A stretch of 32,000 bases of DNA from an uncultured Erysipelotrichaceae bacterium (GCA_942492995.1 OW818653.1:1710001-1742000); one strand, 5' to 3'. Shown: positions 10,010 through 18,013, counted from the stretch's first letter. Translations and numbers: made by a program. Notes: generated by a model from the sequence alone, not told the origin.

Positions 10010-10367
10010 GAAAATGAAGATTATACTTTATTTAGTAATTAGTATCTTTGGGTTAATCTATCTGTTGAAATCAAATCACATGTATTTGAGTTTAGAAGAT
10101 TATGGGAAATCTCGAGCTAAGGCAGAATTATTTAATAATCCAATCATTGATATTATTCAAATCAAGGGAAATGATGGCATTCTCCTAGCATACGAAGATA
10201 ACTATGTGTCTTGTTACTTCGGTAGGAAATCATTTGGTTTCTTGTGGAAAGACTTTTCTGGAATTGGAATGTTACGTGAAGTAGATGATATGAGTGATGA
10301 AGCTATTGAAACGTATAAACAAGATTGTATCTACTCATATGAGATTAATCATATGAAAGACTGGTGA
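10002..10367 (+). CDS. Small N-terminally anchored membrane protein, unknown function
   Basis: 121 aa from ATG 10002 with N-terminal TM helix KIILYLVISIFGLIYLL. The start overlaps the upstream stop (ATGAATAA). SD-like TGGGGA lies 5 nt upstream. Confidence 0.6.
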   Translation: MNKKMKIILYLVISIFGLIYLLKSNHMYLSLEDYGKSRAKAELFNNPIIDIIQIKGNDGILLAYEDNYVSCYFGRKSFGFLWKDFSGIGMLREVDDMSDEAIETYKQDCIYSYEINHMKDW

Positions 10368-10378
10368 ATTTATTAACA

Positions 10379-10407
10379 TTGTATGTCGTCTTTATTTCTA
10401 GTATCAT
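10379..10407 (+). promoter_or_regulatory. Candidate promoter for the paralog B-E operon leader
   Basis: TTGTAT (10379-10384), 17-nt spacer, TATCAT (10402-10407). An alternative -10, TAAAAT, lies at 10407-10412. Confidence 0.4.
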
Positions 10408-10467
10408 AAAATATAGATAATCATTCGGGGGAATGTATGGGGAAACTAATCATTAAATTTTAGATGT

Positions 10468-10490
10468 AAAACTCATTTTTTGAGTTTTTT
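10468..10490 (+). terminator. Weak terminator/attenuator hairpin directly upstream of paralog B
   Basis: Stem AAAACTCA / TGAGTTTT (8 bp, AU-rich, T5 loop) followed by TTGTTTG. It ends 10 nt before the SD AAGGAGAG of paralog B. Confidence 0.5.
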
Positions 10491-10507
10491 GTTTGTAAGG
10501 AGAGAAC

Positions 10508-11164
10508 ATGTCAGAACTTGTAATACTTAAAAAAGAAAATAAGAATTTAAGGAAATTACTTAAAGGAGATAATAAAAAGTTATTTTTAGATATCGACTAT
10601 TATATTTCAAGACATTATACTTCCAAACAAGAGTATCGATCCTTAATTAATGAAGTGTTAATTGATTTTTCAGATCGAACAAATCTTGGTGAAGATCTGT
10701 GGGATACAATTGAAGATCCTAAAGCATATATTGATAAGTATATTGAAAAGTATAATTTGGAAAAAACGAAATGGGGAACAGTAACAAGTGAATACATTTT
10801 AGTGTTTATAGGATTTCTATGTTTCTATTTCATTTCAACAAACTTTTTATCGCCATCTTCTAATATGCTTAATAATCCATGGTTAATTGAAGTTAGTACT
10901 GAAGGATTTTTTAAATGTTTAGGATATAGTACTTATGGTCTATATTTTGAACTACTAACCAAAGCAACTTTATTTAAAAAGAATAAAGCAATGACTACTC
11001 AAAAAATATTAGTGTTCTTCGGATGGGCTTTACTTATGTTTATTCTATTGGCTTTATCTGGTATGAATATTGTGACAATCACATTGCCTAAAGTAATCGT
11101 ATATTTAGTTTTATTTCTATGTATTTTACTCATTTATCTAATTCAAAAGAAAAGAATGTTTTAA
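10508..11164 (+). CDS. Paralog B: HAAS/DUF1129-like N-terminal domain plus ~4 TM helices
   Basis: 218 aa. EDPKAYIDKYIEKYN, with P-K-A-Y at residues 71-74. N-terminal LKKENKNLRKLLKGDNKKLF. Hydrophobic C-terminal half. SD AAGGAGAG. Confidence 0.75.
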   Translation: MSELVILKKENKNLRKLLKGDNKKLFLDIDYYISRHYTSKQEYRSLINEVLIDFSDRTNLGEDLWDTIEDPKAYIDKYIEKYNLEKTKWGTVTSEYILVFIGFLCFYFISTNFLSPSSNMLNNPWLIEVSTEGFFKCLGYSTYGLYFELLTKATLFKKNKAMTTQKILVFFGWALLMFILLALSGMNIVTITLPKVIVYLVLFLCILLIYLIQKKRMF

Positions 11165-11186
11165 TTAATCAATATTTGGGGGAACA

Positions 11187-11855
11187 ATGATTACAACTGC
11201 TGAACAATCGCAACAAATAAAGGACATTACGAAGAGTCTTGATCGAAGTGACACAATCTTTTGTATGCATGTCGATACTTACTTAAGACAATTTGACTTA
11301 CTTAGAAGTGAATTTATTGAGGCAAAATGGATAATATTGACAGATTTATATTCAAAAGTAATTGATGGAGTAAACATTTGGGAATTATATGAAGATCCAA
11401 AGGTGTATTGTGCGTCGATTGTGTCAAAGTATAATCGAAAATATCTAGGGTTTATAGGTGTAATAATTAAACGCGTTATACCATTGTATTTTGGGTCAAT
11501 CTTATTTATGTTATTAATATTTTCACCTAATGGTTTTTCAAGATTGTTATATTTAGATAATCCTGGTATAGAAATATCAGTAAATACTTTATTGAGATTA
11601 TCATTGATGGTGTTTCTATATTTCTCAACCAGATTATTTGAATACAAAATGTTATTTAATAAAGAACGAAGAAATTTTACGTTTTATTATAATGCGATAA
11701 TACAAGTCTTCATTTTAATAGTACTGACTAATAATTTTACATTAGAAAATAATTTAGCTCAAAACATGGTTACATTAAACCCAATGATAATGGTTATATT
11801 ATTAGGTTTAATTCTTATTTATTACATATATAACCTTAAAAAGTTAATCATATAA
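11187..11855 (+). CDS. Paralog C: HAAS/DUF1129-like N-terminal domain plus ~4 TM helices
   Basis: 222 aa. EDPKVYCASIVSKYN, with P-K-V-Y at residues 71-74. SD TGGGGGAA. 22-nt gap after paralog B. Confidence 0.75.
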   Translation: MITTAEQSQQIKDITKSLDRSDTIFCMHVDTYLRQFDLLRSEFIEAKWIILTDLYSKVIDGVNIWELYEDPKVYCASIVSKYNRKYLGFIGVIIKRVIPLYFGSILFMLLIFSPNGFSRLLYLDNPGIEISVNTLLRLSLMVFLYFSTRLFEYKMLFNKERRNFTFYYNAIIQVFILIVLTNNFTLENNLAQNMVTLNPMIMVILLGLILIYYIYNLKKLII

Positions 11856-11891
11856 GAAATATTAATAATATAGAGAGAAAGGAAATTCATT

Positions 11892-12539
11892 ATGAGTGAA
11901 GTTAAAAACGCAAATAAAATTCTCAAACGCAAATTATCTAAAGACAACTTAATGTTCTATAAAAAAATCCATCAATATATTCGTACACATGACATAACAA
12001 GAGATCAACAACATCAAATATTGAATGAAATACTATTGGATTTTGTAAATAGACAGAACAATGATGAGTTGTTAATGGGATCAATTCGAAACCCTGAAAC
12101 CTATACTAATGAAATATTAAGTAAATATGAAATTGGAAAAAGTAGTTTTGCGATGCTTACGTTAAGACGTTTTCTACCTTTAACAATAATAATCTACTGT
12201 ATATACTTTCTTTATCCTTCATTTCTTAATCCGTTTCCTTATTCAGATTTAAATCCAAATCTAGTAATTATACAGTTACAAGTATTAGTACTTGCGATAC
12301 TTCTGTTTATTTTATTTTTGGTTACTTCGGTGGAAAGTAAAGAAAAGATATTTAGACCTGGTTTAGGGTCAAGTGTTAAATCATTGATTGTTCTTATCGA
12401 TTTTATACTAACATTAATCGTGTTTGATCGATTTAAACATTTAATTGTCACGAGTATACTTGTACCTAAAGCTATCATTTATCTTTTCTTAGGTTTAGCA
12501 ATCCTTGTTAAATTTATTGATAGGAGGAAAGTATTATAA
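11892..12539 (+). CDS. Paralog D: HAAS/DUF1129-like N-terminal domain plus ~4 TM helices
   Basis: 215 aa. RNPETYTNEILSKYE at residues 66-80, a register shifted by -3. SD GAGAAAGGAAA. Confidence 0.7.
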   Translation: MSEVKNANKILKRKLSKDNLMFYKKIHQYIRTHDITRDQQHQILNEILLDFVNRQNNDELLMGSIRNPETYTNEILSKYEIGKSSFAMLTLRRFLPLTIIIYCIYFLYPSFLNPFPYSDLNPNLVIIQLQVLVLAILLFILFLVTSVESKEKIFRPGLGSSVKSLIVLIDFILTLIVFDRFKHLIVTSILVPKAIIYLFLGLAILVKFIDRRKVL

Positions 12540-13207
12540 TGAGTGATCTAAAAACTTTAAGAAAAGAAATGAATAATAGAATGAAATTGTTAGAAAAAGA
12601 TGATCAACATTTCATAAATGGTATCATCCGATATCTTGTAAAGTATGAATTTACGGATAATGAAATATTATCAATTAAGGATGAACTAATTAATAAGTCG
12701 AATGAATCAAGAGATAATTTTAGTGATATTACGCAAACAATTATTAATCCAAAAGAATATTGTAATAAGTTAATTATGAAAGATAATCGTAGAAAAGTGA
12801 GTTTGTTTAGTCAATTTACATTAGTATGGGGTGGTCTTACACTATTACTGTTACTAGTCACATTACTGTTTGATGGTGAGACATTTCGGATAAATGGTGG
12901 ACCGGATAATATGGTGTATACTGTTTTGAAATATAGTTTTATTAGGTACATTATCGGTTTTATGTTTATTATTTTATCTACTTACTTTGTGGATAGAAAA
13001 TTTGATTTTAATCAGAGAGTATATACATTTGTAAGTACTATTAGAATAATCATAATGGTACTTCTAATGGATAGAATATTCTATACTTCGATTGATGTGG
13101 AATGGATAAGAATCGATACAAAAATCATAATAGGATTGATAGTTCTAGTTTCAGTTATTACTCTTATTTTATACATCAGACAAAAAGAACTAAAAAAGCA
13201 GCCGTGA
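12539..13207 (+). CDS. Paralog E: HAAS/DUF1129-like N-terminal domain plus ~4 TM helices
   Basis: 222 aa. INPKEYCNKLIMKDN, with P-K-E-Y at residues 71-74. The start overlaps the paralog D stop (TAATG). SD AGGAGG lies inside the 3' end of D. Confidence 0.75.
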   Translation: MSDLKTLRKEMNNRMKLLEKDDQHFINGIIRYLVKYEFTDNEILSIKDELINKSNESRDNFSDITQTIINPKEYCNKLIMKDNRRKVSLFSQFTLVWGGLTLLLLLVTLLFDGETFRINGGPDNMVYTVLKYSFIRYIIGFMFIILSTYFVDRKFDFNQRVYTFVSTIRIIIMVLLMDRIFYTSIDVEWIRIDTKIIIGLIVLVSVITLILYIRQKELKKQP

Positions 13208-13215
13208 GGCTGCTT
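13192..13215. terminator. Shared hairpin between convergent paralog E and the helicase gene
   Basis: Stem AAGCAGCC / GGCTGCTT (8 bp, loop GTGA). The paralog E stop TGA sits in the loop and the helicase stop lies in the 3' arm. The T-run is good on the minus strand (A6 on plus) and poor on the plus strand. Confidence 0.75.
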
Positions 13216-14854
13216 ATCGTTTGTGACGGCTATAACCGTTGGAATGTCCACCGGTATTGCTTGTCTTAGGTTTAGGAGCACGACCAGTTAGTTCAAATGC
13301 TTTAATCTTAAAGCCTTTGATTGTTCCTTGGTTTAATGCGTCCACAACTTCACGGACAAATTCTTGTGGAATCTCAACATGTGAGAAACGATCTTGGATA
13401 CGGATCTTACCGATATCCTTACCACTGATACCAGCAGATTCTGCGATTGCGGAAACTAAGTGAGCTGCCGCAATGCCTTGTCTTGAACCAACATCCAACT
13501 CAATAGTTGTACTGTTGATCTTAGTAGCACGGCGTTGTTTTTCAATTGGACGTTGAGCTTCTTGGAAGATATCATCGCCAATTACTTTGTATAATAATGC
13601 TTCAGATAGTTGGATTGGGGATAGACCTTCATCCACTAGTTTTTCAACCAATGCTTTGATTTCAGCAGGAATATCTGCTTTTAGCGTCTTCATAATGTCT
13701 TGAGTCATGTGATCGAATCGAACAGATTGGATCTCATTTAATGAAGGCATTTCTTTACGAGCAATCGTAGCTTTTGTTAAACGTTCTAATTCAGAAATTA
13801 CATAACGTTGACGAGGTGTTGTTAGTGTAACGGAAATACCTGATTTACCAGCACGACCTGTACGGCCAATACGGTGAACATAATATTCTGTTTCTTGAGG
13901 AACGTCGTAGTTGAATACCATATCGAGTTCATCAACGTCAATTCCACGCGCCGCAACATCTGTACAAACTAAATGTTGGATCTTCTTGTTTTTGAATTTA
14001 CCCATAACAAGCGTACGCATTTCTTGTTTCATATCACCGTGAATTGCGGCAGTACTATAACCTTTAGAAGAGATGAGGGCACATAAGTCATCAACCATTT
14101 TCTTTGTGTTACAGAAAATCATACTGCTTTCAGGACGATAGAATTCTAATAATTGAACAAGTACTTTAGCCTTGTCACCTTGATTAACTTCGTACACGAA
14201 TTGTTGAATACTATTAACAGTCATTTCTTTCTGTTTAGTCTTAACATGTACTGGGTTAGTCTGATAATTATTCACAATGTCTAAGATTGCCTTAGGCATT
14301 GTCGCAGAGAAGAGTAACGTTTGACGTTCAGTCGGTAAAGACTTAATAATTTCTTCGATTTCTTCCTTAAAGCCCATCTTCAACATTTCATCCGCTTCGT
14401 CTAAAACGAGCGCTTTCAATGAGGAGAACTTTAATGTTCTACGATTGATGTGATCTTGAATTCTCCCTGGTGTACCAACGATGATATCGGCTCCACCTTT
14501 TAAATCTCTGATCTGTGTGGTAATCGGATCTCCTCCGTAAATGGAGACAACCCGTATGCCTTCTTTATATTTTGCAAACTTGCGCATTTCAGCGGTAACT
14601 TGCAGAGTAAGTTCTCGGGTTGGTGTCATGATGAGTACTTGTGGTAATCTCTTCTCAAGTACTTCCAATTTCTCTAATAAAGGTAATCCAAAAGCGGCAG
14701 TTTTACCGGTACCAGTTTGTGACTGACCGATAACATCTCTTCCATCCATAACGGCAGGGATGCACTGTTCTTGGACGGGTGTTGCTTCAACGTAACCAAG
14801 CTCTTCAATGGCTCTGTTAAGTTCAAACGATAAATTTAATTCACTAAATTTCAT
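13214..14854 (-). CDS. DEAD-box ATP-dependent RNA helicase with DbpA-type C-terminal RNA-binding domain
   Basis: Motifs ATPVQ (Q), SQTGTGKT (I), DEAD, SAT and HRIGRTGRAG are all present. The C-terminal ~75 aa resemble the DbpA/DeaD RNA-binding domain, followed by a basic tail. I set the start at ATG 14854 (MKFSELNL, SD AGGAAA). The track start at 14908 lies upstream of the predicted -10. Confidence 0.9.
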   Translation of the reverse strand: MKFSELNLSFELNRAIEELGYVEATPVQEQCIPAVMDGRDVIGQSQTGTGKTAAFGLPLLEKLEVLEKRLPQVLIMTPTRELTLQVTAEMRKFAKYKEGIRVVSIYGGDPITTQIRDLKGGADIIVGTPGRIQDHINRRTLKFSSLKALVLDEADEMLKMGFKEEIEEIIKSLPTERQTLLFSATMPKAILDIVNNYQTNPVHVKTKQKEMTVNSIQQFVYEVNQGDKAKVLVQLLEFYRPESSMIFCNTKKMVDDLCALISSKGYSTAAIHGDMKQEMRTLVMGKFKNKKIQHLVCTDVAARGIDVDELDMVFNYDVPQETEYYVHRIGRTGRAGKSGISVTLTTPRQRYVISELERLTKATIARKEMPSLNEIQSVRFDHMTQDIMKTLKADIPAEIKALVEKLVDEGLSPIQLSEALLYKVIGDDIFQEAQRPIEKQRRATKINSTTIELDVGSRQGIAAAHLVSAIAESAGISGKDIGKIRIQDRFSHVEIPQEFVREVVDALNQGTIKGFKIKAFELTGRAPKPKTSNTGGHSNGYSRHKR

Positions 14855-14888
14855 AAATTTCCTAACTGTACTATAGACATACCGGTGC

Positions 14889-14918
14889 ATTATAGCACGT
14901 ATTGACAAAAAATGTCAT
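14889..14918 (-). promoter_or_regulatory. Promoter of the DEAD-box helicase gene
   Basis: The minus strand reads ATGACA, an 18-nt spacer, then the extended -10 TGCTATAAT (plus-strand coordinates 14889-14897). Confidence 0.65.
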
Positions 14919-15109
14919 AAAAAGATTCGTTATCGTGGAAATGGTAGAGAATTAGATACAATTTCAGTTTAAACCTAAATTTTAGAAAATCAATCGTTTG
15001 GAATTATTTGTTAATTTGAAAGAAACATAGGGTTAGATAAGCGTTTTGTAAAAATGTGTTTAAAATCGATCAATTTCTGATGTATACCTAAATTATTAAT
15101 CATCATGAC

Positions 15110-15138
15110 TTGATAATATTTGATAGCTAGGTTAAAAT
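15110..15138 (+). promoter_or_regulatory. SigA-type promoter of htpG
   Basis: TTGATA (15110-15115), 17-nt spacer, TAAAAT (15133-15138). It lies immediately upstream of the CIRCE element. Confidence 0.7.
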
Positions 15139-15141
15139 ATA

Positions 15142-15168
15142 TTAGCACTCACATCATTAAAGTGCTAA
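15142..15168 (+). promoter_or_regulatory. CIRCE operator (HrcA binding site)
   Basis: TTAGCACTC-N9-AAGTGCTAA differs from the consensus TTAGCACTC-N9-GAGTGCTAA at one position. It sits between the -10 box and the htpG SD. Confidence 0.85.
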
Positions 15169-15178
15169 GAGGAGATTT

Positions 15179-17071
15179 ATGGCAAAGAAACAATACAAAG
15201 CAGAAACGAAACGATTATTGGATCTAGTTATTCATTCTATCTATACGCACAAAGAGATATTCTTAAGAGAACTTATCTCAAATGCGTCTGACGCATTGGA
15301 TAAAGCGTATTACACATCATTAACGGAAGATTTGGCAATTGATCGTACAAATCTATCCATTCGAATTGAACTTGATCCAACATTGCGTACTTTAACCATT
15401 ATTGATAATGGGATTGGTATGACAAAAGAAGAAGTTGAAGATAACCTAGGGGTAATTGCGAAGAGTGGTTCGTATAACTTTAAGAAGAATTTAGAAACGG
15501 CAGATAAACAAGAAGAAGTCGATATTATCGGACAATTTGGAGTAGGATTCTATTCTGCGTTTATGGTTGCGGAAAAAGTGGAAGTCTATACACAAAGCAT
15601 TCGTGACGCTGAAAGTGTGTACTTTGAATCAACCGGTGAAGATGGGTATCGCATTGAAACATTAGATGAAAAATTACCAGTTGGGACAAAAATTGTTCTA
15701 CATATAAATAAGGATGAAGAAGATGAGAAATATGGGGAGTATTTAGAAAGCTATACGGTTAAACGTTTAGTGAAGAAATATTCAGATTATATTCGTTATC
15801 CTATCTTAATGGATGAAGAAGTTAAGGATTATGATGATAAAGGTGATGTAACTGAAACGCGTATTGAGACGAAGACATTAAACTCAATGGTTCCAATTTG
15901 GAAACGTTCGAAGTCAGATTTGAAGGAAGAGGACTACAATACCTTCTATCAATCTAAGTTTAATGATTTCGAGAATCCTCAAAAAGTGATTCATACGAAT
16001 TTAGAAGGTTCTATTTCGTTTGATGCGTTACTCTTTATTCCAAGTCATGTACCTTACAATTTCTATTCTGCAGAATATCAAGCGGGTCTACAACTCTACA
16101 GTAGAGGAGTATTCATTCTAGATAATGCGAAGGAATTAATTCCTGATGCGTTTAGATTTGTGAAGGGATTGGTTGATTCACCGGATTTATCATTAAACAT
16201 TTCCAGGGAAATGTTACAACATGATCGTCAATTAAAGGCAATCGCATCACGATTAGAGAAGAAGATTAAATCAGAACTCTTAGGTATGTTAAAAACAGAT
16301 CGTGAGAACTACGAGAAATTCTGGAAGAACTTTGGACTACAAATTAAATATGGTACCTATGCGAACTATGGTGCGAATCGTGAATTGTTAGAAGACTTAC
16401 TATTATTCACATCAAGCCGTGATAAGAAGTTGGTATCACTTGAAGAATACGTTAGTCGCATGAGTGAAGATCAGAAAGAGATCTACTATGTATCTGGCGA
16501 AACCATAGAGAAGTGTGATAAATTACCACAAGCTGAATGGGTAAAAGAAAAAGGTTTCGAAATACTTTACTTAGTGGATGATGTGGATGAGTTTGTATTA
16601 TCCATATTACATACTTATAAGGAAAAGACATTTAAAGCAATTAATCAAGGTGATTTAGATTTAAGCAGTGAAGAAGAAAAAGAAGCACTTAAATCAAAAG
16701 CTGAAGAGAAGAAAGATTTATTAACTTCATTAAAAGAAGCACTCAAAGACGAAGTAGTCGATGTACGCTTAAGTTCACGTTTGAAATCACATCCTGTATG
16801 TTTAGTTGCGGATGAAGGAATCTCACTTGAAATGGAAAAAGTATTGGCGCAAATGCCAGATGCGAACAATCAAGCTAAGGCAAAACGTATCTTAGAACTT
16901 AACAGTGATCATCCATTGATTGAGGCATTAGGTCATGTCGCAAGTGATAAAGTATCTACTTACGCAAAACTCTTATACAATCAAGCATTACTCATTGAAG
17001 GGTTTACCATTGAAGATCCGATTGAATTCTCGAACGCAATGGCACAACTCATGATTGATGCGTCTAAATAA
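15179..17071 (+). CDS. htpG: Molecular chaperone HtpG (Hsp90)
   Basis: 630 aa. ELISNASDALDK, IGQFGVGFYSAF and the length are diagnostic. SD AGAGGAG. Confidence 0.95.
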   Translation: MAKKQYKAETKRLLDLVIHSIYTHKEIFLRELISNASDALDKAYYTSLTEDLAIDRTNLSIRIELDPTLRTLTIIDNGIGMTKEEVEDNLGVIAKSGSYNFKKNLETADKQEEVDIIGQFGVGFYSAFMVAEKVEVYTQSIRDAESVYFESTGEDGYRIETLDEKLPVGTKIVLHINKDEEDEKYGEYLESYTVKRLVKKYSDYIRYPILMDEEVKDYDDKGDVTETRIETKTLNSMVPIWKRSKSDLKEEDYNTFYQSKFNDFENPQKVIHTNLEGSISFDALLFIPSHVPYNFYSAEYQAGLQLYSRGVFILDNAKELIPDAFRFVKGLVDSPDLSLNISREMLQHDRQLKAIASRLEKKIKSELLGMLKTDRENYEKFWKNFGLQIKYGTYANYGANRELLEDLLLFTSSRDKKLVSLEEYVSRMSEDQKEIYYVSGETIEKCDKLPQAEWVKEKGFEILYLVDDVDEFVLSILHTYKEKTFKAINQGDLDLSSEEEKEALKSKAEEKKDLLTSLKEALKDEVVDVRLSSRLKSHPVCLVADEGISLEMEKVLAQMPDANNQAKAKRILELNSDHPLIEALGHVASDKVSTYAKLLYNQALLIEGFTIEDPIEFSNAMAQLMIDASK

Positions 17072-17078
17072 TCTAATT

Positions 17079-17104
17079 AACCTAAGAAATTCTTAGGTTT
17101 TTTT
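17079..17104 (+). terminator. Rho-independent terminator of htpG
   Basis: Stem AACCTAAGA / TCTTAGGTT (9 bp, 3-nt loop) followed by T7. Confidence 0.85.
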
Positions 17105-17210
17105 ATGTAAGTTACGATTATTTCTCCACCTTAACAATCCTTTTACTGTGTCTACACAAAAACAAGTGTAAAAGAGGCTATGCTAAGTTTGATGTAAACT
17201 AGGAGGATTT

Positions 17211-17927
17211 ATGCAATACATACGATTACCATTGAAAGGAAGTTATAATACGCGTGACTTAGGTGGATATCCAACTTATGATGGAAACGCAACACGTTTT
17301 AATCAGTTTTTAAGAAGTGATGAAGTAGGGTATCTAAGTGAAGAAGATATTGGGTTTCTTAAAGAATATGGGGTTAAGACAGTGATAGATTTAAGGACAG
17401 AGAATGAACTGGAACAGATTCCAAATCCATTTGAAAATGATCCATCAATACGATTTCATCATATATCACTTATTAGTCAATCGATGATCCACGAGATGAC
17501 CGAGAACTATAATACGATATCAATGGATGTGAATTATGTTAATACATTAGAAAAGGAAAAGCGATCAATTGCGAAAGTATTGAAAGTCATCCAAGAAAGT
17601 GAAGAGGGTTGTGTGTTATTCCATTGTTCAGCGGGAAAAGACAGAACCGGATTAATCGCAATGTTACTTCTGGGGATTGCGGGTGTTGATCATCAAGATA
17701 TCATCACAAACTATGAACCATCCTTCGCAAATATTAGTCATAATCCAAGAGTAAAGAAAATGATTATGCGTGATGTACCAGCGATGATGTTATCAAATTA
17801 CACGTTTATGCAAAAGACGCTTAAACATATCGATTATAAGTATGGATCGATAAAGGACTATGTAAAGAGTTTAGGATTCATTCATTCTGAGATTAATCAA
17901 ATACGAAATCGACTTGTAAATCGATAA
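17211..17927 (+). CDS. Protein-tyrosine-phosphatase-like protein (CX5R), paralog of 7170-7871
   Basis: 238 aa. P-loop HCSAGKDRTG, plus NTRDLGG and VIDLRTENE. SD AGGAGG. Confidence 0.8.
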   Translation: MQYIRLPLKGSYNTRDLGGYPTYDGNATRFNQFLRSDEVGYLSEEDIGFLKEYGVKTVIDLRTENELEQIPNPFENDPSIRFHHISLISQSMIHEMTENYNTISMDVNYVNTLEKEKRSIAKVLKVIQESEEGCVLFHCSAGKDRTGLIAMLLLGIAGVDHQDIITNYEPSFANISHNPRVKKMIMRDVPAMMLSNYTFMQKTLKHIDYKYGSIKDYVKSLGFIHSEINQIRNRLVNR

Positions 17928-17932
17928 AAACG

Positions 17933-17957
17933 AATCCGGATTTCCGGTTTTTTTATT
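17933..17957 (+). terminator. Probable terminator (short GC stem plus T7)
   Basis: The CCGGA/TCCGG stem has a very small loop and is followed by TTTTTTT. The geometry is marginal. Confidence 0.45.
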
Positions 17958-18013
17958 CTTAATCTAATCTTAATCACTCTTTTGATAGGATAAGGATGTA
18001 AAGGAGTAAAATT

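Noticed and set aside
8849-10507. Classical PadR operator of the ATGT-N8-ACAT type upstream of padR, paralog A or paralog B
   Set aside because: ATGT occurs at 8901 and 10433, but no ACAT follows at the required spacing. Only the GTATAATATAC palindrome is reported as a candidate.
11279-11647. 122-aa minus-strand ORF inside paralog C, and similar antisense ORFs at 8359-8568, 10615-10797, 12239-12478 and 13081-13281
   Set aside because: All are antisense to the paralog genes and lack SDs. The plus-strand genes have SDs, tight operon spacing and coherent TM architecture.
7880-13207. Reading the PadR/paralog block as a prophage remnant or mobile island
   Set aside because: There is no integrase, recombinase, phage structural gene, flanking direct repeat or adjacent tRNA. 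By eye the composition looks like the rest of the window. It may still be accessory, but there is no positive evidence of mobility.
14855-14908. 18-codon N-terminal extension of the DEAD-box helicase (track start 14908)
   Set aside because: The extension begins upstream of the predicted extended -10 (TGCTATAAT, plus-strand 14889-14897) and has no SD. ATG 14854 has AGGAAA upstream and gives the canonical F-x-x-L Q-motif spacing.
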